Source of the DNA: Candidatus Woesearchaeota archaeon
GTDB lineage: Archaea > Nanobdellota > Nanobdellia > Woesearchaeales > GW2011-AR4
Direction of reading: 5' to 3'
NCBI GenBank assembly: GCA_016187465.1
Contig: JACPJQ010000004.1
Location: forward strand, 176,806 to 240,805
DNA length: 64,000 nt
Position 1 is the first letter of the stretch; each line of letters begins with the position of its first letter. The position numbers were made by a program, and so were the translations under genes. The notes under the pieces were generated by a model. The model was not told the origin of the DNA, searched no databases, and was given only the letters and a program-made list of their open reading frames with translations. Below are positions 49,710-58,145 of the stretch, in pieces.

Positions 49710-50228
49710 TTATAAAATGTGGCTGAATGCATGCTGGAGTCGTGCATAAGGTGAATTAACCTTCACGTCTTGATGTTTTATATATTCTTGTGCAAGATTA
49801 ACAAACGCAACCCTAGCTTCCCTGGTCCTCTTAAACAGAGAAGTATAGGTATCCAAGTCAACATCAGTCCCAAGTTTAGTCTCCTTAATATGTCCATCAA
49901 GTTGTGTTTTTAAGTTGTGGTATTCTTTAAGTTTGCTCTTAAGTTCTTTGGAATCCTTGCCATTCACTGTAGACTTTTTTCCTTCACTATTTACATAAGC
50001 TTCAACTAAAAACACATCCTGTACAAACTGAATTATGTTGTCATCCAATCCCCCATCATATGGTGTCTTGGGGTTTAGGGGGTGCGGCTTGCCATTACTT
50101 CTTATTTGAATAGAACAATAGACACCTCCCCTTATGCTTTCGAGTGTTGGAGCTATATCTATTGGATTCCCATTAGAACCACTTATCATTTTTTCCAGAA
50201 TTTTACGATTCTCTTCCAATAGACCCAT
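49710..50228 (-). CDS. hypothetical protein
   Basis: 172-aa orphan ORF. Confidence 0.55.
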   Translation of the reverse strand: MGLLEENRKILEKMISGSNGNPIDIAPTLESIRGGVYCSIQIRSNGKPHPLNPKTPYDGGLDDNIIQFVQDVFLVEAYVNSEGKKSTVNGKDSKELKSKLKEYHNLKTQLDGHIKETKLGTDVDLDTYTSLFKRTREARVAFVNLAQEYIKHQDVKVNSPYARLQHAFSHIL

Positions 50229-50337
50229 GTTGTTATGAACTTATTAGCATCTGTTAATAAATCTTACGATACTTGGATACTCGACTTTTCCTGTTTTTGG
50301 TTTAACCCACTGTAATTTGCTTCCACTAGGATGTCTA

Positions 50338-50760
50338 TCATTTCCTTTTATACAAAAACTGATTCACCTTTCTTAATAAGTCCTTCGAGGTGTTGAAAGT
50401 CAGCTTTCTCTGGGCATGCTCGTAGCTCATCCACGCGTATCCGATATGCTCCCTTGAAAGCTTTACACTTTCAGTTGCTGATTGAACAATAAAGAAAACA
50501 ACTTCCTTGTAAACAGTTTCCTCGCCTTTTTTGTAGAAATAATTTATAATTTCCCTGAAACCATCCAAAATTTCTATGTCTTCAATGCCGGTCTCTTCCT
50601 TGATTTCTCTCGCTGCTGTCTGCTCCTCTTTCTCATTCTTTTCCTGATTGCCTTTGGGAAAATCCCAGTGGCCTGCCTCGTAATGAAGAAGAAGATACTT
50701 GACAGAGCCGTCTTTCTGGCTTTTGTAGACAACTGCTCCGCAGCTCTTTTCCTTTGCCAT
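50338..50760 (-). CDS. NUDIX hydrolase (Ap4A hydrolase-like)
   Basis: HWDFPKG...AAREIKEETG, LSREH. Confidence 0.9.
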   Translation of the reverse strand: MAKEKSCGAVVYKSQKDGSVKYLLLHYEAGHWDFPKGNQEKNEKEEQTAAREIKEETGIEDIEILDGFREIINYFYKKGEETVYKEVVFFIVQSATESVKLSREHIGYAWMSYEHAQRKLTFNTSKDLLRKVNQFLYKRK

Positions 50761-51128
50761 TTAGCTGTGGCAATACCAATTTATATAAAAACTTTTATTT
50801 CAAAAACGAAGTTCTTAAATATAACCTATACTTCATAAGACATACTTTTAAATATATATATTATAAAATAACAAAGTTTATATACAACAAGTATTCTTAA
50901 CATCTGCAATAGCTTTCTAAACCTATTGCAGTTTATACTCATAAATTAAACTTTCCAAGATATAATATTGGGAAAAACGGGGTGGAAGGGCATAGAGCGT
51001 AAATGAGAGATAGGGGTAAAGATATCATATTTTTAACTTATCCCACCTTTTAAGGGGGTGTAGGAGTTTTTCTATCACCTCTTTTCTTCTGCGCTCAACC
51101 TTAAAAGAGTGGGATTTCATATTACAAG

Positions 51129-51671
51129 GTGAAAATGAAGCTGACAAACACAAAAATCAACGATACGGTAAAGGAAGTGATAGGGGAAGATTCTATTGAC
51201 ATAATTGAGTACCTTAAAGACAAGAAGAACATTTCTGATTTTAAGATTGCTGAAAAGGTTGATATGGACATTCATGAAGTAAGAAACATACTTTACCGGC
51301 TTTACAACCACAATCTTGTGAGCTATTACAGGAAAAAAGACAGGCAGAAAGGGTGGTACATAAGCTACTGGACATTTAACAAGAAAAGAATCAAGGAATT
51401 GCTTGACAAGACTAATAAGGAGAAACTTGCCAAATACACTGTCAGGCTTAGGGAAGAGGAAGCAAACGTAGGCAATTTTTACCTGTGTCCAAATGCTTGC
51501 GTGAGAGTTGGCTTTGAGAGAGCCGTTGACTTAGAGTACAGGTGTCCGGAGTGCGGCAACATACTAAACCACCAGGATAACACAAAAACCATTGATTTCT
51601 TAAGGACAAAGATTAAAGAACTGCAGATGAACGGCATTAGAAATGGAAAAGCCTTGAAAGGAAGGGCTTAG
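51129..51671 (+). CDS. tfe: transcription factor E (TFIIE-alpha)
   Basis: wHTH VRNILYRL, GWYISYW, Zn ribbon CPNAC...CPECG. Confidence 0.92.
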   Translation: MKMKLTNTKINDTVKEVIGEDSIDIIEYLKDKKNISDFKIAEKVDMDIHEVRNILYRLYNHNLVSYYRKKDRQKGWYISYWTFNKKRIKELLDKTNKEKLAKYTVRLREEEANVGNFYLCPNACVRVGFERAVDLEYRCPECGNILNHQDNTKTIDFLRTKIKELQMNGIRNGKALKGRA

Positions 51672-51694
51672 AGTTATTATTTTTTAAATAATTT

Positions 51695-52045
51695 TTACGC
51701 TATCTGTCCATGGTTTTTGGGTGTGTAGTGACCAATCATCTTGTCGTATTCCTCAAAAGCTTTAATACTATAATATGCTTTCACAGCATCCAAAGCTTCA
51801 CTACCCTTAATCCTTTCTACACCTAATTCTTCCATAACTCCTACCAAGCCGTCTTTAGTAGAAGCACCTGCAGCAAATATTATTACACTAGAATCATCCC
51901 TTACCTTTAATGACATAATAGCTGTTATCTGGACTCCATGTTTAATACGATTATTTATCGCGGCATCAGTATTTAGATTCGCAATAAAACGATCATAATC
52001 TTTCACTTTGAGTAATACACTTGTATATTTTGGTTTGGAATCCAT
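51695..52045 (-). CDS. hypothetical protein, weakly ABM-like
   Basis: VLLKVKDYDRF resembles the start of 7022-7306. Confidence 0.55.
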   Translation of the reverse strand: MDSKPKYTSVLLKVKDYDRFIANLNTDAAINNRIKHGVQITAIMSLKVRDDSSVIIFAAGASTKDGLVGVMEELGVERIKGSEALDAVKAYYSIKAFEEYDKMIGHYTPKNHGQIA

Positions 52046-52074
52046 CTTACAACCTTTTTAATGTACCTCCTTAT

Positions 52075-53028
52075 TTAATCTTTTCTAATCTTCGCAACAA
52101 AGAATCCTTCCGTATCATTGTCCTGCGGCCATATTCTTAAGCATCTCTTGATTTGCTCATCATATTTTTTGTTTTCAAATTCCAAGATTGCAGGGCTCCT
52201 GTTTAATTTCAGCTTTACTTCTTCTAATTTAGCATTATCATATTTTTTTAACAGGAAATCAACAACCCCTTCATTTTCCTCAGGCTCAAGAGAGCATGTT
52301 GAATAAACAAGAGTTCCGTTTTCTTTTAACAAATTAAACCCAGTCTCTATAAGCTGCTTTTGCGTAATTGAAAGCCTTCTTACCATATCCGGATTCCATA
52401 TGTAAATTGTTTTCAGGCTTTTTCTTATAGTTCCAGTGCCGGAGCATGGAGCGTCAACAAGCACCCTGTCAAACTCTATTCCCGATCTCTTGAACCACTG
52501 GCCTTCCATAAGGGTTATTACAGCGTTTGTAACTCCGCATCTCTGCAAGTTTATCGACAACGGCTTCATTCTTTCAATTGTATAGTCATTTGCAATCAAA
52601 ATACCCTTGTTTTGCATGTACTGCGCTATCTGCGTTGTCTTGCTTCCGGGAGATGCTGCCACGTCAAGAACAATCTCATTTGGCTTCGGCTCAAGCACAA
52701 GCGGAGGAATCATGGATGCAGCTTCCTGAAGATAAAAATAGCCAAGGGAATGCTCAATCAGGTTGCCCACATCTCTCCTTTCCTTTTTTGCGTGCTCTAT
52801 CCAGAACCCTTCCCTGCACCATGGAATTTGCTCAAGATTCCAGTTTTTTTCCAATCTTTTTTTTAATTCGTTTATTGTCATTTTTAATGTGTTCACCCGT
52901 ATTGAGCGTTTTAAGAATGACAATGAACACTGACTAAACCCTTTCCAGTCTGTCAGTTTTGAGTACCTTTCAATAAACCTCGGCTTGAATTGTATTTCCT
53001 GTTGCGGTATTTGCTCATCCATGGGCAA
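52075..53028 (-). CDS. RsmB/NOP2-family RNA m5C methyltransferase
   Basis: QEAASM, ASPGSKT, DAPCSG, YSTCS. Confidence 0.93.
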   Translation of the reverse strand: MPMDEQIPQQEIQFKPRFIERYSKLTDWKGFSQCSLSFLKRSIRVNTLKMTINELKKRLEKNWNLEQIPWCREGFWIEHAKKERRDVGNLIEHSLGYFYLQEAASMIPPLVLEPKPNEIVLDVAASPGSKTTQIAQYMQNKGILIANDYTIERMKPLSINLQRCGVTNAVITLMEGQWFKRSGIEFDRVLVDAPCSGTGTIRKSLKTIYIWNPDMVRRLSITQKQLIETGFNLLKENGTLVYSTCSLEPEENEGVVDFLLKKYDNAKLEEVKLKLNRSPAILEFENKKYDEQIKRCLRIWPQDNDTEGFFVAKIRKD

Positions 53029-53078
53029 AGAATCCTTTAGGTTAATTTAAATCTTTATGAATTCGAACTCTGTCTAAC

Positions 53079-54332
53079 CTATGGGTGATGTTTTTGTTTG
53101 TCTAATTCGGGTGATAAACTTAACTTCAACAACGAAAGCCATCGGTTTCTACCTAAAACATCAATCCCGCAAGCTTGTGCAGGAGTTAATCCTTTAAGGT
53201 AACTTCCATTATTTTTTTGTATGAAGTTGTTATAAACTCTGAAACCATTACCCCATTGCTCTAATGTTTCTTCTGTTTTAAAATCTCGCCTTATCTTGTC
53301 AAATTCCCTATATTGATTATGGAATCTTTCAACAAGCATATTTTCCCATTGCTTGACTTTTGGGCTTGTTGTTGGTCTATGTTCTACACTATTTCTTCGC
53401 ATGGTCAAAAATTCTTTTCTGATTGCTTCTCTGTAAGAATAAAGCCCATCGCTTGAAATTTCTAAATCCTTAAACGATTCATCGTGCTTGTTTTTCTGCA
53501 AATTTTCTTTTCCTTTCTTGAATACTTGCCTTGCCTCTTTAATGCTTCTTTGTTGGGTTAAATTATTGGCTACTTGCCATCTTGTTTTTTTGTCTATTAA
53601 ATTCCATTTCCAGAGCCATTCGCCTTTGCATTTAACTTTTTGCTCATCAACACCCCAATTTTTGCTTAATTGTGGATTAAGCTTATTGCTGTATTCATTC
53701 ATCTTATTTGTGAATTTTAAGATGTTCTGCCTTATTGTTTCGTGGTTGATTTTCACTCCGAAACTTTGAAATAAAGTGTCTTTAATATCCCTTAAAGAAT
53801 TTCCTTTGAAATACAAATCACAAGCCAAGCAGAGCATTTTGGCATTAAGCAGATGATTTTTTAATGGCTCTAACGTAAATCTCTTTTGGCAATCTTTACA
53901 GGAATATCTTTGCCTTATTCCTATCTTTGTTTTTCTCTTACCATTATTGACAATATTCTTGCTTTTACATTCGGGGCAATTCTTCTCGTTTTCTGTTAAA
54001 TTCAAGTCCTCAAAAAATCCAAGCACTTCATTATCTTGGCTATTCCTTAATTTAGTCCAAAATTCTATGCACATTATATGTTTGCATTTCATACCTCTTT
54101 CTTTACATCTGCTCTGGAAATCAGGGCATTCACAATTCCAACCATTTATGCTTGTAACTTTGTATTTTTTATCTGAATTTTGGGAAGGCACTAAAAATTC
54201 CTCATTGCTTACAGCAATTGGCTTATCGCCTTTTGCCAGTATAGAATATCCTCGTATCCTTCTATCAATCAAAAAGTTTTTATTGTCTAAAGTTTCTGTG
54301 TCCTTATGAGGACTGATTTGGTTCGTTGCCAT
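53079..54332 (-). CDS. IS6-like DDE transposase with SWIM and Zn-ribbon domains
   Basis: CECPDF...CKHI (SWIM), CPECKS...CKDC, WGVDE, SSDG, VERFH. Confidence 0.88.
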   Translation of the reverse strand: MATNQISPHKDTETLDNKNFLIDRRIRGYSILAKGDKPIAVSNEEFLVPSQNSDKKYKVTSINGWNCECPDFQSRCKERGMKCKHIMCIEFWTKLRNSQDNEVLGFFEDLNLTENEKNCPECKSKNIVNNGKRKTKIGIRQRYSCKDCQKRFTLEPLKNHLLNAKMLCLACDLYFKGNSLRDIKDTLFQSFGVKINHETIRQNILKFTNKMNEYSNKLNPQLSKNWGVDEQKVKCKGEWLWKWNLIDKKTRWQVANNLTQQRSIKEARQVFKKGKENLQKNKHDESFKDLEISSDGLYSYREAIRKEFLTMRRNSVEHRPTTSPKVKQWENMLVERFHNQYREFDKIRRDFKTEETLEQWGNGFRVYNNFIQKNNGSYLKGLTPAQACGIDVLGRNRWLSLLKLSLSPELDKQKHHP

Positions 54333-54377
54333 TTTAGTTTCTCCGCTTTGTTGGTGCTACAAACACCAGCAAAGCAC

Positions 54378-54530
54378 TTATTTTTTCTTATTTTGTTCTA
54401 AATCTTTTCTGATTAAGACAGCAATTCTTGAACTTAACATCATGCCTTCTTTTTGGCAATATTTTGTGAACTCGTTCAATAAGTCCTCTGGCAATGAAAT
54501 ATTAAGTCTTTTGTATTGTTGCTTACTCAT
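54378..54530 (-). CDS. 50-aa ribbon-helix-helix regulator upstream of the transposase (not in ORF track)
   Basis: KRLNISLPEDLLNEFTKYCQKEGMMLSSRIAVLI. Confidence 0.8.
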   Translation of the reverse strand: MSKQQYKRLNISLPEDLLNEFTKYCQKEGMMLSSRIAVLIRKDLEQNKKK

Positions 54531-54769
54531 ACACAATAGTAAGTAAGAGTAGTATTTAAAGGTTTCGGTTTATTTGCAATTGGAATATATAGTTTAGAGT
54601 ATATAAGAATTAATAGAAAAATTTATTAACAAGTTTAATTTTCATTATAGAATAGATGATAAACAACATCAAAGACAATTGCTATAGTGATTTTGTAATT
54701 CTTAATTATTTTAGCAGTAAAACCGAAAGGTTTAAAAAGGGATATATATGATAAAACAAGGTGTGAAAA

Positions 54770-54997
54770 ATGGTATATGACGAAATAAGATTTGGATTCG
54801 CTGAAGATTTACCAGAAGACTTAAAGAGATGCACCGATATTAAAAAAGGTCTTGTTGTTGTAAAGGCAAAAATTGGTTCAATTCCTAAATATGAGATTGA
54901 ATCTGTAATAGGAAGTCCATCAGATTACATAAAAAGTTTAGCAAAAAAAGAAAAAATTAATATGGGAAAAATTTTTTCTAAATTTAAAGATGAATAA
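54770..54997 (+). CDS. IS passenger, small hypothetical protein (possible antitoxin)
   Basis: AGGTG RBS; directly upstream of the PIN-like gene. Confidence 0.6.
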   Translation: MVYDEIRFGFAEDLPEDLKRCTDIKKGLVVVKAKIGSIPKYEIESVIGSPSDYIKSLAKKEKINMGKIFSKFKDE

Positions 54998-55008
54998 GGT
55001 GTTTAACT

Positions 55009-55584
55009 TTGTTTACAATAGAAGAAATAAAATTAATACGAGAAAAAATAAAAGAATTACCAATATTGATAGTAGTCCACGATACAATTCTAAATGATAT
55101 ATATGGCAAAAAGAATTTTTCCCCATTTAATATATCTGCACAATTTATTGAAAATTATTTCTTAACTCGAAATTTAATAAGAGGATTTGGAGATGAGGGA
55201 AGAGATTGCATAACAACAAAACAGGTTTTTGATTCTCTTAATTCTTCAAAATATAATACATGGGTCGCTATTCAAAATTGGATAAAAAAAGATGACTTTA
55301 CAGAAAAAATCCTCTCGCTTGGTGAAAGGTCTTCTGTTTATGCCACAGCTCACAACTGGGGGTTAAAAACTCTATCTAAAGGTGGTAAAACTATAATTTT
55401 AGCGGTTAATGATGAGGAAATAGGAGAAAAAATAATAGAAGTTTATAAAAACTCTGGAAGGCGGTGGGTTAAACATGTTAGTGATTTACCATTTTTTATT
55501 AAGAATACTAACGAATTATTGGAACAATTAAAAATAGTAGATAGAGAATTTTTTAATTGGTTTTCTTCTACATATAAAAAATAA
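55009..55584 (+). CDS. IS passenger, degenerate PIN-like protein
   Basis: IVVHDT, ITTKQVFD, LSLGERS, ILAVNDE resemble PIN motifs. Confidence 0.5.
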   Translation: MFTIEEIKLIREKIKELPILIVVHDTILNDIYGKKNFSPFNISAQFIENYFLTRNLIRGFGDEGRDCITTKQVFDSLNSSKYNTWVAIQNWIKKDDFTEKILSLGERSSVYATAHNWGLKTLSKGGKTIILAVNDEEIGEKIIEVYKNSGRRWVKHVSDLPFFIKNTNELLEQLKIVDREFFNWFSSTYKK

Positions 55585-55684
55585 TTTTATATTATCACCC
55601 GCGATAGACAACTTATTCTATCACCCGAGATTTAGACAGAGTTTGAATTCGGAAAGTATATAAGGAGCAAGAATAAACTAATCT

Positions 55685-56116
55685 ATGGGTCTTATGGCTA
55701 ATTTACACGTTGAGGAATTAACAAGTTGGGATTTGCCATTGAATGCTAAAAATCTTCATGATATTTTGGCTTTTGTTAACAAATACCAAGAGGCAGAACT
55801 AAAAGTTGTGCTACCCCCTGGCATTGGTGTTTTTATGTCTGAAACCCATTATAATGAATTGGAAGAAACTTTAATGCGTGATAAGAAACCAGATTATACG
55901 GCTGAGCCACGAAGATCTCATGGGCAAGGCCATAAAAAAATTCCAGGCCAGAGTTTTTCATACTGGAAAGTGGATAGTTTAAGCGAAGTTGTTTCTGCAG
56001 TTGCAGCATCTCAAAAAGATGTGCGAAGAATTCAAAATAAGAATAAACTTATTGGGGTTGCAATGTCTTATGGCGTGTATGACTCTTTGAGAGAAGCAAA
56101 TCTCGTTAAAGCGTAA
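55685..56116 (+). CDS. hypothetical protein
   Basis: 143-aa ORF with GAAAG-TATATAA promoter just outside the IS. Confidence 0.6.
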   Translation: MGLMANLHVEELTSWDLPLNAKNLHDILAFVNKYQEAELKVVLPPGIGVFMSETHYNELEETLMRDKKPDYTAEPRRSHGQGHKKIPGQSFSYWKVDSLSEVVSAVAASQKDVRRIQNKNKLIGVAMSYGVYDSLREANLVKA

Positions 56117-56137
56117 AGTGATATAATGTTTGTATAA

Positions 56138-58114
56138 TCAGATTCTTAAATCCTTTACCACATAAACCCCCTCTAATTCATAATCAAGCTTTTTAAAATA
56201 TTCTTTCGCACCAATCCCCGCTAATACAACCATTTTATTTTTTCCATGCTGTTTTGCTGTTTCCTCAGCTTTTGTCATCAATTTTTTGCCTATGCCTCTA
56301 TGCTGAAAGCTATCATCTGACTTTTTACCTATCTGTACAGCAGCAGAATACACATGAATTTCTCTTATTAGTGCAGAATCTTTTGTTATTTCCTGCCTCA
56401 AGGATTGTGAAGGGAATCTTAATCTGCAATAGCCAAAAATTACATCATTTTCAATATCTTCCGCTGAAATGAAGAATTCTTTGCCTTTAGATGCTTCATA
56501 CTCCATAACTTTTATTTTGAGATTTTCTAAGTTAATATTTTTGTTTTGAATTGAATTTAATCCTGCTTCTCTACACCTTGTACATCTGCATTTAATTCTT
56601 TTTTCTTTGCATACTCTTTCTACATATTGTCTTAAGTTAGTCCTATCTACGCCAGATGATGTAACATAAGTTGGTATGTCGCGTTGTATCCTAACAATTC
56701 TTAAAAATTCAGGCACAAATCTTTTTGCCTCTGCAATTATTTCAGCAGCCTCTTTTGTCGTCAATGGATTGAATTTGCCAGCTTTCCAGTCGTCATAAAG
56801 CCTTGTGCCTTCCATTATCATGCACGGATAGATTTTCAGCATGTCCGGCATGTAATCTTGATTTTCAAACAATTGCCTTAGCCCATGCATATCCATTTCC
56901 TTTGTTGTTAATGGCAGCCCTGGCATGTAATGGCAGTTTATCTTGAAGCCCAAATCCTTCAAAACCCTTATTGATTCAATGTTGTCAGCAGCTGAATTGC
57001 CCCTGCTTGTTGCTTCAAGCACTTCGTCATAAATGCTCTGTACTCCAATCTCAACCCTTGTGCAGCCAAGCTCCAGCATCAGATTCCCGTGATAGAGCTT
57101 TCCGAAGTCGCTTTTTGTCTCTATGGTTAATCCAACACATCTTATGAAGGATGTTTCATTTTCTTTTTGAATCTGTTTTAATGCAAAGCTTTTATTGTTT
57201 TCATTCTGCATTTTTGATTGGATGTTTTTTATCGCCAATATGTTTGAATCAATTTTACCTGGAGATATTATTTGTGCTGATACCGTAATCTTTGCGTTAT
57301 TGTTTTCTATATCTCCTGATACATTACTCAATCGTCCATTACTAACACTTCCATTAAAAAAATCATTGTCTTCAAAAAACAAGCTTTCAATTTTTTTCCT
57401 ATTTTCATCGTCATTTAGATCCAAATTTTTTATGTAGACTAACTTTTGCTGTACTTTTTTGATCCTTTTATCGTCCTCGTCCAATTCCCTTGGCAGCTCG
57501 AAGAATTTCTTAAACCTAAAGAGGTCCAGATTACCATTACCATTAAAAAACAATTTTGAGAAGTCATTCATGGCTTTAAGCGCGTACTTGACAAAATATT
57601 CCTGGTATTCTCTTGGGAAAAATGTGAACGTGCCTCCCTGTATTATGATTTCAGCCTTGTCCGGAATCCTGCCCATCGCAACATAATGCTCCAGCCTGTT
57701 GAAAACAATAAAGTAAGGGTCGTAATTGTTTCTTATCGCTCTTCTTGTTGAAGGCTCTTTTCCAGTGTAGCTTTGCGGAACATTTCCAAAAGCAGAGCCT
57801 GGCCCGCCTGGGCAGTAAGAGCAGGGGCCTATTCCTTTCATTGTATGTGGGCAGGGATAGGGTTCTGACATCATGGCAATAGGTGCAACTCCGCTTATTG
57901 TCCGTACTGGCTTTAACGAGAGAATTTCTTTGAATTTTTTACGCTCTTCTTCAGAGGCTGCAAAATAAATATCGGCGTTTTTTGGTATGTGTTTTATCTC
58001 TGCTTGTGGCTTATACTTGTTAAGCACTCTTAACTTCACTTTATTTAAATCGCATTTAGTTTTTATATTGCCTTTTTCCAGTTCCTTGAGTATCTCAATA
58101 GAAATTTCCTTCAT
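56138..58114 (-). CDS. elp3: Elp3 tRNA U34 acetyltransferase (radical SAM + KAT)
   Basis: CPH...CSYCPGG, QSYTGKEP, QGGT, KIYP, QHRGIG. Confidence 0.93.
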   Translation of the reverse strand: MKEISIEILKELEKGNIKTKCDLNKVKLRVLNKYKPQAEIKHIPKNADIYFAASEEERKKFKEILSLKPVRTISGVAPIAMMSEPYPCPHTMKGIGPCSYCPGGPGSAFGNVPQSYTGKEPSTRRAIRNNYDPYFIVFNRLEHYVAMGRIPDKAEIIIQGGTFTFFPREYQEYFVKYALKAMNDFSKLFFNGNGNLDLFRFKKFFELPRELDEDDKRIKKVQQKLVYIKNLDLNDDENRKKIESLFFEDNDFFNGSVSNGRLSNVSGDIENNNAKITVSAQIISPGKIDSNILAIKNIQSKMQNENNKSFALKQIQKENETSFIRCVGLTIETKSDFGKLYHGNLMLELGCTRVEIGVQSIYDEVLEATSRGNSAADNIESIRVLKDLGFKINCHYMPGLPLTTKEMDMHGLRQLFENQDYMPDMLKIYPCMIMEGTRLYDDWKAGKFNPLTTKEAAEIIAEAKRFVPEFLRIVRIQRDIPTYVTSSGVDRTNLRQYVERVCKEKRIKCRCTRCREAGLNSIQNKNINLENLKIKVMEYEASKGKEFFISAEDIENDVIFGYCRLRFPSQSLRQEITKDSALIREIHVYSAAVQIGKKSDDSFQHRGIGKKLMTKAEETAKQHGKNKMVVLAGIGAKEYFKKLDYELEGVYVVKDLRI

Positions 58115-58145
58115 ATGCTGATAGAAACAAACCCTATTTAAAAAT

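Larger units (their letters stand above)
53066..55643 (-). mobile_element. complete IS6-like element with passenger genes (2578 bp)
   Basis: TIRs AACTCTGTCTAA (53066-53077) / TTAGACAGAGTT (55632-55643); 8-bp TSD TGAATTCG at 53058-53065 and 55644-55651. Confidence 0.9.
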
